NCBI GenBank assembly: GCA_030674455.1
Contig: JAUSGQ010000006.1
Span: 15,654-79,653 of the forward strand
DNA: 64,000 nucleotides
Source of the DNA: a bacterium
GTDB taxonomy: Bacteria > Patescibacteriota > Minisyncoccia > Phycocordibacterales > UBA2100
Direction of reading: 5' to 3'
Part shown: positions 10,851 through 20,700 of the stretch, one piece after another
Position numbering within the stretch: the stretch's first letter is position 1
Layout of the letters: each line of letters begins with the position of its first letter
Notes under the pieces: model-generated
Told to the model about the DNA's origin: nothing
The model's database searches: none
What the model saw: only the letters and a program-made list of their open reading frames with translations
Made by a program: the position numbers and the translations under genes

Positions 10851-12098
10851 CTACACGTTGTTTCCGGCGACGTAGCCCGTTGTCCAGCACATCTGAAGCG
10901 AATATCCGCCCGATGGGCGATTAATGTCCAAGACGTCGCCGGTCAGGTACAGATTCTTTACAATTAGCGACCCACAGGTGCGCGTGTCGACTTCGGAGAG
11001 TGGCACGCCTCCGTCTGAAATGACGGCACGGTCGAATCCCATAAGGCCGGTTATGGTAAGAGGCGCGCCTTTCAAAATATGCACCAGCCGTTTGCGTTCT
11101 TCTTTCGTAACGCTGTGAGATTTTATATTCGGTTCTGTTAGCGCCATCAATCGAGAAACTGCGCGCGCCATTCCCGCAGGCGCGACTTTCTCCAACACAT
11201 TCTTGAAATCTTTATTTTTGTTCGCATCAATTTCAGAAAGAAGGTTCTTTTCCAGTTCGGCAAAATCCGTATCCGGGAACATATCTATCATTGCCGTTAC
11301 ATCGCCCTCCGAAAGCAGCTGGCCGACCTTACTTGCGCTATTCAATATAAGAGGGCCGGAAAGTCCGAAGTGGGTAAACAGAAGCGGACCTGTTTTCGAG
11401 AACGCCTTTTTTCCATCAGTAAAAAATGTGATTTTCATGTTTGAAAGAGTCACGCCGGGTTGAGCTTTGACCCATGCTTCATGTACTTTGATGGGAACAA
11501 TCGTCGGGGTTGCCGGTTGTATAGCGTGGCCGAGAGATGCAAGCCACTTGAATCCGTCGCCGGTAGAACCGGTTTCCGGATGCGAAACGCCTCCGGTTGC
11601 GATAACAAAACTATTCGCAGTATATATACCTCGAGAAGTTATCGCTTCAACAATCAGGCCATTTTCAGCATGCAAGTCATTTACAGTTGTTTTTGTGAGG
11701 ACATCAACATGATTATCCGCAAGATATTTCTTTAACACTTTCGTAACGTCTGTAGCTTTTTGCGTTTCAGGAAATGCGCGCTTACGCGCCTCCGTCACAA
11801 GAGGAAGCCCGCATCGAGAGAAGAAGTCAAAGGTATCTTGCACGCCGTATACCGAAAGCGGGGAATAGAGAAACTGCTGCGCCTCGCCGTAATTCTTGAG
11901 AAATGCGTGCTTATCAAATTCCGCGTTCGTAATATTGCATCGTCCGCCGCCGGTGATATTGAGTTTCTTTCCCACCTCGGAATTCTTTTCGATGAGCAAA
12001 ACGGATTTCCCGCGCTCTCCCGCACGCCCGGCCGCCATCATTCCGGAAGCTCCGCCGCCGATTACGATGACGTCATATTTTTCTACTGTGCCTCTCAT
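10851..12098 (-). CDS. HI0933/YhiN (BaiN-like) flavoprotein
   Basis: GGGASG, KLNITGGGRCNITN, TGSTGDG, LFTHFGLSGP, GGYSLQ. Confidence 0.93.
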   Translation of the reverse strand: MRGTVEKYDVIVIGGGASGMMAAGRAGERGKSVLLIEKNSEVGKKLNITGGGRCNITNAEFDKHAFLKNYGEAQQFLYSPLSVYGVQDTFDFFSRCGLPLVTEARKRAFPETQKATDVTKVLKKYLADNHVDVLTKTTVNDLHAENGLIVEAITSRGIYTANSFVIATGGVSHPETGSTGDGFKWLASLGHAIQPATPTIVPIKVHEAWVKAQPGVTLSNMKITFFTDGKKAFSKTGPLLFTHFGLSGPLILNSASKVGQLLSEGDVTAMIDMFPDTDFAELEKNLLSEIDANKNKDFKNVLEKVAPAGMARAVSRLMALTEPNIKSHSVTKEERKRLVHILKGAPLTITGLMGFDRAVISDGGVPLSEVDTRTCGSLIVKNLYLTGDVLDINRPSGGYSLQMCWTTGYVAGNNV

Positions 12099-12225
12099 GG
12101 ACAAGGTATAACAGGATTCGGTGTATCGAGCGAGAGCCCGAGTTCTTATTTGCTTATTCGCGCGAATAAGCAAGTATTACGTAGAATTTGACGGACTTAA
12201 GCAAACGTGATATTATGAACTTTAT

Positions 12226-12402
12226 ATGACACCAGCAAAAACACCAGCAAAAACATTTCAATGGCGAGGCAAATTTGTCGCCAAACCGGAGCGCGAAAAG
12301 GCGCCCGTTTGCGCCTGTGGAAATAAGTACCTAAAGACCCGCAAGAATCAGAAGGAGTGCTTGCGGTGCATCCTGAATAAGAACAGAACTCCGGTCAGGT
12401 AA
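12226..12402 (+). CDS. 58-aa basic zinc-ribbon-like protein (CAC..CLRC)
   Basis: Manually translated MTPAKTPAKTFQWRGKF..VCACGNKYLKTRKNQKECLRC; TTGACG/TATTAT promoter directly upstream. Confidence 0.65.
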   Translation: MTPAKTPAKTFQWRGKFVAKPEREKAPVCACGNKYLKTRKNQKECLRCILNKNRTPVR

Positions 12403-12488
12403 TTTCTGGCAGTCTGACTGCCAAACGGCAGTCAGACTGCCTTAATCTCGTGCTAGAATGGAGCATTACAAGAACGGATAAATTTCAC

Positions 12489-12557
12489 ATGGCAAAAAAG
12501 AAAAAGAGGAATTACTCAAAGGTCCCGGGCGGAAAGCGCCGGATGAGACATAGGTAA
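12489..12557 (+). CDS. 22-aa basic micropeptide MAKKKKRNYSKVPGGKRRMRHR
   Basis: Manual translation; TGCTAGAAT extended -10 upstream. Confidence 0.45.
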   Translation: MAKKKKRNYSKVPGGKRRMRHR

Positions 12558-12598
12558 TTTCGCAGGTATCGGGAAAGGTGTTTGCTTGTTAAAATAAT

Positions 12599-13336
12599 GT
12601 GATGGAGTATCAGTACACGTACTTACTTCTAGGCGCGTTTTTCGTTGCAGGCTGGTTTTTCCTATACATCAGAAGAAAAGACGAGCGCCGCGAACTTTTG
12701 ATGCTCTCTTCCATGTTTGCAGTATTCGGCGTCGCCTCTGACTTTTTGTACATTCAAGACTGGTGGACACCGCTCAGTGTTCTTGGAACACCTCCATTTA
12801 CCGGAGAGTCACTCATCACTGCCTTTGGGATTGTCGGAGTCGGTGCGGTTTTACCTGAATATTTACTCCGTCTAAAAGACACGTCGTGTGGACGTGTTTT
12901 TACACACAGAGAGGTTAGAGTGTTATGCATTTCTGTTTTCACGATGGCCATACTCTTTTATGGGAGTTTTTATTTGTTGGGTGTAAACAGCTTAGTGGCG
13001 ACAATTTTGGCGCTGGCAATCCCCACTGCTTTTATGTGGGGTAGCAGACCTGATCTCATATCAACTGCTTTTATCAACGGACTAGCCCTAGTCGTTTTTA
13101 CGGTCGTAATTTATACAGCAGTTGAGTTTATAACACCAGGATGGGTAAATGCATTTTTTTTATTTAAAAATACTCCACATATCATTTTACTAAACGTACC
13201 AATTGATGACGTGGTTTTTTATTTCTGCGCGGGATTATTTTTCGGAACTTTTTATGAGTGGTGGCAGGGTATCAAAAGAGTCCCCTTACGGAATAAAAGT
13301 AAGAAAATTAGGCCTGTCTTTTTGTCGTGTAAGTAG
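12599..13336 (+). CDS. Lycopene-cyclase-domain-like membrane protein
   Basis: Two repeated membrane halves (DWWTP..ES; GW..NVPIDDVVFYF); lower GC. Confidence 0.7.
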   Translation: MMEYQYTYLLLGAFFVAGWFFLYIRRKDERRELLMLSSMFAVFGVASDFLYIQDWWTPLSVLGTPPFTGESLITAFGIVGVGAVLPEYLLRLKDTSCGRVFTHREVRVLCISVFTMAILFYGSFYLLGVNSLVATILALAIPTAFMWGSRPDLISTAFINGLALVVFTVVIYTAVEFITPGWVNAFFLFKNTPHIILLNVPIDDVVFYFCAGLFFGTFYEWWQGIKRVPLRNKSKKIRPVFLSCK

Positions 13337-13396
13337 GCCGATGCTTTTCTCGGGAAAAAGAACGCTACCCGCTTTTCTGTGTGATATATTATTTGC

Positions 13397-13699
13397 ATGG
13401 ATAATCTAAAAGACGAACTCCGAAGCAAAGTTCTCGCATATATCGGCGGAGGTTTCGGATTGGTCGCAGGCCTCGCATGGAATGATGCGATAAAGGAATT
13501 GATCCAATATTTATTCCCGCTGGCAACGGATACATTACGAGCTAAATTTATTTATGCCGCCCTCATTACTGTAGTTGTGGTTGTGATTATCACGTATCTT
13601 GAAAGAATTTTTAATAAACCAGTACCGTGCATAGAGGAAAAGCCGGTCAAGAATGAAGATGGTCATCTTCTGGCCTCGGATTTTCCGAGTACTCAATGA
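13397..13699 (+). CDS. DUF5654-like small membrane protein
   Basis: GFGLVAGLAWNDAIK..KFIYAALIT. Confidence 0.8.
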   Translation: MDNLKDELRSKVLAYIGGGFGLVAGLAWNDAIKELIQYLFPLATDTLRAKFIYAALITVVVVVIITYLERIFNKPVPCIEEKPVKNEDGHLLASDFPSTQ

Positions 13700-13780
13700 A
13701 AATGTGGAGAGACACTCCTGTCACTTTCTGAAATCTTTTTGTAAGGAGTATCAAAAATTGCCGTCTTAATCTATACTTCA

Positions 13781-15091
13781 GTGATGAATACAATAATCAA
13801 ACAAAAATCCTTCATGAACTCACAGAATTCTTTTTTAAGAATTCTGGTCTTTTTTGTTTTTGTACTTATTCCCGCCGGAACAAACGCGTTGACGACTAGC
13901 CCAAAGGTTGAAGTCTCCGGCTGGATTCCATATTGGCGGACGGCGACGGGAACCGCGGATGCGATGCAGCATCTTGATGTGTTTACGGAAATCAACCCCT
14001 TCGTGTATACGGTGAAGCTTGATGGCACTTTGTATGATGCCGGCAAAATGGGCGAGGAACCATGGCTCTCTTTGCAAAAAGCGGCTCAGGCCAAAAAGAT
14101 TCGCTACATCCCCACTGTCATGTGGTCTAACGCTGAAGCGATGCATAGAATATTGAGCAAACAGAAAACGCGCATCGCGCTTGAGGATGAAATTACGGCT
14201 CTCGTTAAAGAAAAAGGATTCGACGGGATTGACATTGATTTCGAAGGGAAAAAAGCTGAAACAAAAACTTACTTTTCCACATTCTTGAAAGGACTCTATC
14301 AGAGGATGGGAAAGAAATGGGTCATGTGTACAATCGAATCGCGCACACCGATTGCCGACAGATACTTTGGCGTGACTCCGCCAAAAGATGCCGGCATATA
14401 TTCCAATGATTTTGTAGCTATCAATAAATATTGCGACCGGGTCCGCATCATGGCATACGACCAGCAGGGAATAGACCTCGCTCTCGCAGACAAACATAAA
14501 AGCGAATTGTACGCGCCGGTGGCCGACACAGAGTGGGTAGAGAAAACAATGAAGTTCATCGCAAAAACAATCAGCAAAAAGAAACTGGTAATTGGTGTGC
14601 CGACGTATGGTTACGAATATGATGTGACCGCATACGCAGATGGTTACGTCTACGACCTTCTCTGGTCATTCAATCCCGGATATGCGCTCCCCATCGCGAA
14701 GGCATATGGATTGTCGCCTGTGCGAAGCAGTACCGGTGAATTGAATTTTTCATATACGCCGACGTCCACGATTGCTTCGCTTCCGCCACCGGAAGCTTCC
14801 ACGACCCCCGTAATGATTTCCGCGGACGAAACGTCGGCATCCGGACTCCCGCCCTCTGAAGCATCGACGACTCCAATGACCGCACTGACCTTGGGGAATG
14901 AAGCCGCGAAATTCGCTCTCTATATCGCAAGCTCGACCAATACGCATCTTACATTCCGCAGTATGTGGTGGAGCGATGCGGAAGCGATAAAAAGGAAAAT
15001 CGAGCTGGCAAAAAAACTCGGCGTGCGCGGCATCGCGATTTTCAAGATAGACGGGGGAGAGGATCCGGGGATTTGGAATGTTTTGAAGTAA
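13781..15091 (+). CDS. Secreted glycoside hydrolase family 18
   Basis: FDGIDIDFE catalytic motif, IMAYD, GVPTYG, KLGVRGIAIF; start may be at 13814. Confidence 0.92.
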   Translation: MMNTIIKQKSFMNSQNSFLRILVFFVFVLIPAGTNALTTSPKVEVSGWIPYWRTATGTADAMQHLDVFTEINPFVYTVKLDGTLYDAGKMGEEPWLSLQKAAQAKKIRYIPTVMWSNAEAMHRILSKQKTRIALEDEITALVKEKGFDGIDIDFEGKKAETKTYFSTFLKGLYQRMGKKWVMCTIESRTPIADRYFGVTPPKDAGIYSNDFVAINKYCDRVRIMAYDQQGIDLALADKHKSELYAPVADTEWVEKTMKFIAKTISKKKLVIGVPTYGYEYDVTAYADGYVYDLLWSFNPGYALPIAKAYGLSPVRSSTGELNFSYTPTSTIASLPPPEASTTPVMISADETSASGLPPSEASTTPMTALTLGNEAAKFALYIASSTNTHLTFRSMWWSDAEAIKRKIELAKKLGVRGIAIFKIDGGEDPGIWNVLK

Positions 15092-15174
15092 GGGGTTTTT
15101 CGTTGGCGTTGGAAGTTGTCTATGCGTCACTTGCCAACTTGTGAATCTCAGCAGGTATCTGTTACGATGTACAT

Positions 15175-15417
15175 ATGCGACGTTTTTTTCTCACTATAGG
15201 GTTTGTTTCGGTACTTATCCTTGTTGTCGGTTTTTTCCCACAGAGTAATGAAATTCCTGCGTTGTTTGGATGTGTCCAAGATCCACGTGCTTCGTTTCTG
15301 TCTCCCTGTTTATTGCAGTGGGGCTTAATTTCTGGCGGACTCGCTGTTATTGGAATCATCACATCTCTTGGTTATTTCATTTTTCTTAGACTACGTCGAT
15401 ATAAGCACTCAGAATAG
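15175..15417 (+). CDS. Small two-TM membrane protein
   Basis: Two hydrophobic segments with a Cys pair in the loop. Confidence 0.55.
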   Translation: MRRFFLTIGFVSVLILVVGFFPQSNEIPALFGCVQDPRASFLSPCLLQWGLISGGLAVIGIITSLGYFIFLRLRRYKHSE

Positions 15418-15533
15418 AAGCACTCCTCCTTTTGGGGGTCGTCGTAAAATAGACAAAAACATTGACGCGGAGCGTTTTTTTCGCTATGATGTTGGCTAAT
15501 TCTCGGCGCTCCCGGGTTTTTTAATTTCTCTAT

Positions 15534-17375
15534 ATGGAGATTCGTAACATAGCTATTATTGCCCACGTCGACCATGGGAAGACTACGCTCACCGATGCGC
15601 TTTTGCGGCAGACGGGTGTTGCCGAGGAAGGGGTTTCGATGGACTCAAACGCTTTGGAACTTGAACGAGGCATTACAATTTATTCCAAGAACGCGGCGAT
15701 TCCTTATCGCGACACAAAGATAAATATTGTTGACACTCCCGGCCACGCCGATTTCGGAAGCGAAGTGGAGCGAGTCTTGCGCTCCATTGATTCGGTGCTT
15801 CTCGTCGTTGACGCGCAGGAAGGCCCGATGCCGCAGACGCGTTTTGTTCTCAAGAAATCTCTGGAGCTTGGAATAAAACCAATCGTTGTAATAAATAAAA
15901 TTGACAAGCCGGCGGCCGACCCCGCGCGCACGGAAGAGCAAGTACTGGAACTTTTTATGGAGCTCGGAGCTTCCGACGAGCAGACTAATTTTCCAGTCGT
16001 CTACACCATCGGCAAACAGGGAATCGCAAAAAATAAACTTACTGACGAATCAAAAGATTTGACTCCGCTTTTGGAAACAATTCTCGCTCACGTTCCTGCT
16101 TCGGACCCCGCCAAAAAAACTGCGCCATTGCGTCTTCAGCCGTTCAACCTCGGCTACGACAACTTCCTCGGGCGTCTCGCAGTCGCGCGCGTGTATGAAG
16201 GCACGTTAAAGAACAGCGACAATGTTTTCGTTAAGAAACCAAATGGAGAAACACGAAGCGGAAAAATTACGAAGATTTTCACGTTTCGCGGGTTGCGAAG
16301 AGTCGAAGTCGGCACTGCCGAAGCGGGCTTGCCCGCCGAAGCCTTGGCGGAGGCGGGCGACATTGTTCTAATCGCTGGCCTGCCGGATATTTACATCGGC
16401 GAAACGGTGACGACAGACGCAAACACAGAACCCCTGCCGGCGATTGAAGTCGACCCGCCGACTATCGCACTGAATTTTCTCGTCAACAATTCGCCATTCG
16501 CCGGGCGCGAGGGCAAATTCGTCACATCTCGCCAAATCCGCGAGCGCTTGGAGCGCGAGCTTGAAATTAACGTCGGATTGCGCATTGATTTTGCTCCGGA
16601 AAGAAGCGCGAATGATAGCGGACCAGAAGGATTTAAGGTTTCCGGCCGAGGCGAACTCCACATCGCGATTCTTTTGGAGCAGATGCGCCGAGAGGGTTAC
16701 GAACTTCAGGTCTCACAGCCGCAAGTCATTTTTCACGAGGAAAATGGCCAAAAACTTGAGCCTTTTGAGGAAACCATAGTGGATATTCCGAGCGTATATC
16801 AGGGCGTAATAATTGAGCGTTTGGGACAGCGCAAGTTCGTCATGAAGGATATGAAAATACACGAGAATCAGATGCGCATCACGTTTGAAGGCCCGACGCG
16901 CGGGCTTTTGGGCTACCGCAGTTCATTTATATTGGACACGAAGGGCGACGGCATTCTTGCGTCGCGAGTCATCGGCTTCAAGCCGTACGCGGGAGAAATA
17001 AAGAAACGCGCGGTCGGCTCCATGATTTCAATGACGACAGGGAAGGCGCTCGGATATTCTCTCTGGAATTTGCAGGACAGAGGCGTTCTTTACATAGTGC
17101 CCGCCACGGAAGTGTACGAGGGCATGGTGATAGGCAACACTTCGAAGGGTGAGGAGATGTCTGTGAACCCAACGAAGAACAAAAATCTCACGAACGTCCG
17201 CTCATCTTCTTCCGACGAGGCGCTCACGCTCGTGCCTCCGTTTGAATTAACTATCGAGCGCGGGCTTGAGGTCATGGCGGAAGACGAATATCTGGAAATC
17301 TCTCCCACGAGCGTCCGTTTAAGAAAACAGTTTCTGACAGAGATAGACCGCTCACGAGCGCAAAGGAGGGAATAA
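15534..17375 (+). CDS. typA: Translational GTPase TypA/BipA
   Basis: AHVDHGKTT, DTPGHADF, NKID, GRGELH, RLRK. Confidence 0.97.
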   Translation: MEIRNIAIIAHVDHGKTTLTDALLRQTGVAEEGVSMDSNALELERGITIYSKNAAIPYRDTKINIVDTPGHADFGSEVERVLRSIDSVLLVVDAQEGPMPQTRFVLKKSLELGIKPIVVINKIDKPAADPARTEEQVLELFMELGASDEQTNFPVVYTIGKQGIAKNKLTDESKDLTPLLETILAHVPASDPAKKTAPLRLQPFNLGYDNFLGRLAVARVYEGTLKNSDNVFVKKPNGETRSGKITKIFTFRGLRRVEVGTAEAGLPAEALAEAGDIVLIAGLPDIYIGETVTTDANTEPLPAIEVDPPTIALNFLVNNSPFAGREGKFVTSRQIRERLERELEINVGLRIDFAPERSANDSGPEGFKVSGRGELHIAILLEQMRREGYELQVSQPQVIFHEENGQKLEPFEETIVDIPSVYQGVIIERLGQRKFVMKDMKIHENQMRITFEGPTRGLLGYRSSFILDTKGDGILASRVIGFKPYAGEIKKRAVGSMISMTTGKALGYSLWNLQDRGVLYIVPATEVYEGMVIGNTSKGEEMSVNPTKNKNLTNVRSSSSDEALTLVPPFELTIERGLEVMAEDEYLEISPTSVRLRKQFLTEIDRSRAQRRE

Positions 17376-17382
17376 GTGAATA

Positions 17383-17433
17383 GCACTCCACACAAGTCTG
17401 ACTTGTCTAACAAGTCAGACTTGTGTGGAGTGC
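17383..17433. repeat. Long palindrome GCACTCCACACAAGTCTGACTTGT-CTA-ACAAGTCAGACTTGTGTGGAGTGC; GTC(A/T)GACT-core relatives at 12408-12441 and 50617-50656
   Basis: Read directly; located downstream of stop codons. Confidence 0.8.
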
Positions 17434-17744
17434 AACGGAAATTGAAATGAAGGTGGGTGTGAAGGCAGTAAGACTACCTCATTTCTTGATTCTAAAATAT
17501 CAGCTGTTCTGTGCCATGGCACAGAACAGCTGATGTGGATTTTGAGCATGTATTTTGCGCGAAGGTTTTTTAATATTCCTATCTTTTGATATTCCTTTTG
17601 CCCGCGTCGGAGTTATCCACTCTCACATCTTGTCGCTCGCGGAAAACAGAAGCACAATTGTAAGTACATAAATTATTATCGGGCGCTTGGCGCTCGATGT
17701 GTCGTTAGTCTTGAGAATTATTAATTATTAATAAATAAAATAGT

Positions 17745-20700
17745 ATGCAGAAGGTACATGGGTTCAGCGCGCGCGTGTTTCTTACCTCGTCCGCGATTTT
17801 GGTCGCGGCGATTTTATTATCAGCTTCCATGGTTAGCAAGGCGGACGCGGCCATAGGTCTCGATGTAACCGCATCACTCACCACTTTTAATCAGACAATC
17901 AAGGCCTCCAGCACGCCAACGGCAGTCATCGGGCTTAATCTTATAAGTGTAGCGAGTCCGGGTGTAGAGACCCTTGCATCCACAAGCATCGCCTTTTTTG
18001 GCGCGGGATTCGCGACCACTACTGACCTCGCGCCGCTCGGAACCGCTACGTCCTCCGGCGTAGCGCTCTATCGCGACGACGCTTCGGCGGGTACGCAGGG
18101 CGCTTTTGACGCATTCGACGACGTCGTTCCTCTTCAGAGCGCGTCGTGGGATGTCGCGGGCGCTACGACGACGTTATCATTCCTTACAAACGAAACAGTT
18201 CCAGTTAACGATACCGGCAACAACGCTGGCAACGACTACTTTATAGTAATACAGACCGCGGGGGGAGCTGTAAACCTTCATGCCTTTACGGCAAATATGT
18301 ATCCCGGCTCAATTCAATGGAACGCAAGTACGCCTACGGCGACTCCGATAGCATTGTCCACAAATACGGTAACGATAGACACAGCAGCGCCGACTCTAGA
18401 CACAAGCATGTCTGGACCAGCGAACGGTTCAACAGGTGTTCCTGTTTCCACCTTCATCCATCTCGGCTTCAGCGAGAACCTCGACCAGACGACACTGAAC
18501 CCGAACAACGTCACGCTTACTAGGGGCGGCAATGCGGTTGGAACGGCGATTCGTCCGTTTCCGAACGGCTTTGATTTGGTTGCATCCAGTCCTCCTACGT
18601 ACACGGCATCTTCGCGATTCGCGAAAGCAGACACGGTCAGCACCGGATTCTTCCAGATAAACGGCAGTAACCAGATATTCCCGCAGGGCGGATATTCGGC
18701 GCCGACGCGAGGAGACATCGTCTACACGCAAACGGATACTTTCCCGCCTGAAGTCGGAGTCATAACAAACGCCACTCTCACATCCGGCACCTTCGCGATA
18801 AACAACAACCCCGCGTTCCGTCCTCTACAGATAACCAAATTTGCTTCTCCAACGGTCGCGGGATACACGGGGGACGGCGCGGTTGTTGGAGTAGGCGATC
18901 TCCTTGTCGCGAATACTTCCGCAAAACCTTCCAACGTGCGTTACAACTGGCACATCGTAACGACAGGCCAGGCCCTTAACAATGCGGGCTTGCGCCTGGA
19001 CGGCGAAGATGCGGCTCCTACATACGCGACGACTACATTCGCGCGCCTTTTGCCCGCCGCGACCTCTACTATTGACGCATCGCAACTGTTCACAGCAACG
19101 ACTACCCTTATGGCCGGCGACCTTGTGTTTGCCAAAGTTGTGAGAGGCGGAGACAACCTGAATACATACGCGTGGCATCTTGTGACCACCGCAGAGACCA
19201 ACGATACAGTCACGGCGGCTCCGCCACAGGGAGCGACAGGTACTACGACCGCGCTTCGCCTAGACGGCGCGGCGGTCGCGCCGACATTCGCTGCGAGTTC
19301 AGTGGTTGCGGTTCTTGGTTTTGCCGCACAGGGGGTTCTTGACGGAGCAGTTGCACAGGATGCCACAGTTTTTAGTTTCGGGGACATAATGTTCGCAAAA
19401 ACAACAGATAATGCGGCCAATAACGGCTCTTATGCGTTCCACCTAGTGTCCAACGGCGCGACTGGCGCCACTTCTACCTCGCTCCGTCTTGACAACTCGG
19501 CGTCGAATCTTACTTCTTCCGCTTCCTATGTGATTACCGCGGGTACGGGTATAAAAGATTCCGCGGGCAACGCATTGGCCGCAACATCAACTATTACATT
19601 CACCACTGGCTCAACTGGCGGAACCAACACGACTCCTCCGGCGGTTCAAAACTCCCAACCGCAGGCGGGCAATCAATCGTTTGCTCCAAACGCTCCAATC
19701 AAGCTGATATTTTCTGTAGCTATGGAAGCGGGAAGCACAAGCGGGGCGAACTCGGTTACGAATACCGCCGTCGTCAAACTTTCAACAAGCGTGAACGGCA
19801 CGCCAACAACGCAGGTGACATCGGGCGTAACGAACAGCTACGACTCAACAACGAACACGCTGACAATCGCGCACACGAGCGCTCTTACAGTGAGTACTGA
19901 TTATGTAGTACAAGTGACAACCGCGGCAAAAAGTTCAACGGGCGCTTCGTTCCCGATGGAATATCGCCTCTACTTCAGGACAGGCACTGCTTCCGACAGC
20001 ACGGCGCCGACTATCCTCGGAGTCTCCCCGACAAATTCTTCGACGGGAGTTTCCATGAGCCCCGTTATTACAGCCGGATTCTCGAAAGACATGAATCCCG
20101 CGACGCTAACTACAACGACCGTAAAACTTGTGGAGACATTAAACAATAGCAATGCAGTTGCAGGAGGCGTTTCGTACAGCCCAAACAGCCGTTCCGTGAA
20201 CTTCGTTCCTTCTACCCCGCTTACAGCCAACACAGGATATTCATTCGTAATCGTTGGTGGTGCATCCGGCGTCACGGACCTCTCGAACAACGCTCTGGCG
20301 AGCCACTCCACTACAACCTTCACAACAACGGCAACCGTCGACGTCATCGCGCCTTCCGTCAACTTTGCCAACGCCGATGACTTCGGAATCGCTATCACGT
20401 TCTCCGAGCCGATGAAATCGGGAGGCGGTCCGAACGCCGCCGACAATGTCGCGAACTATACGCTTGAGAGTCCTACAGGCACCTCGATTTCTCTAGGAGG
20501 GAAAACCATAACGTATGACTCGGGCTCAAAAACCGCGCGCATCACGGGCTTGGCGCTTCAGAATGGCAACGGATACAAAGTTACTGTAGCGTTGCCGGTA
20601 CAAGACCTTGCCAGCAACGCTATTTCGATAGTCGGCACTCCAGCGGGCAACCTTGCCTTCGGTACTGTACAAAATTCCACAGCGACGGGCGGCCAGCTCG

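Noticed and set aside
12099-12173. ORF-track N-terminal extensions (also 7096-7176, 38968-39003, 41748-41795, 47769-47840, 52305-52349)
   Set aside because: They run through promoters or palindromes; downstream ATGs fit homology and -10 spacing better
14778-14882. Duplicated LPPxEASTTP segment in GH18 as a mobile insert
   Set aside because: Looks like a local tandem duplication in a linker, with no hairpin or match to the repeat families
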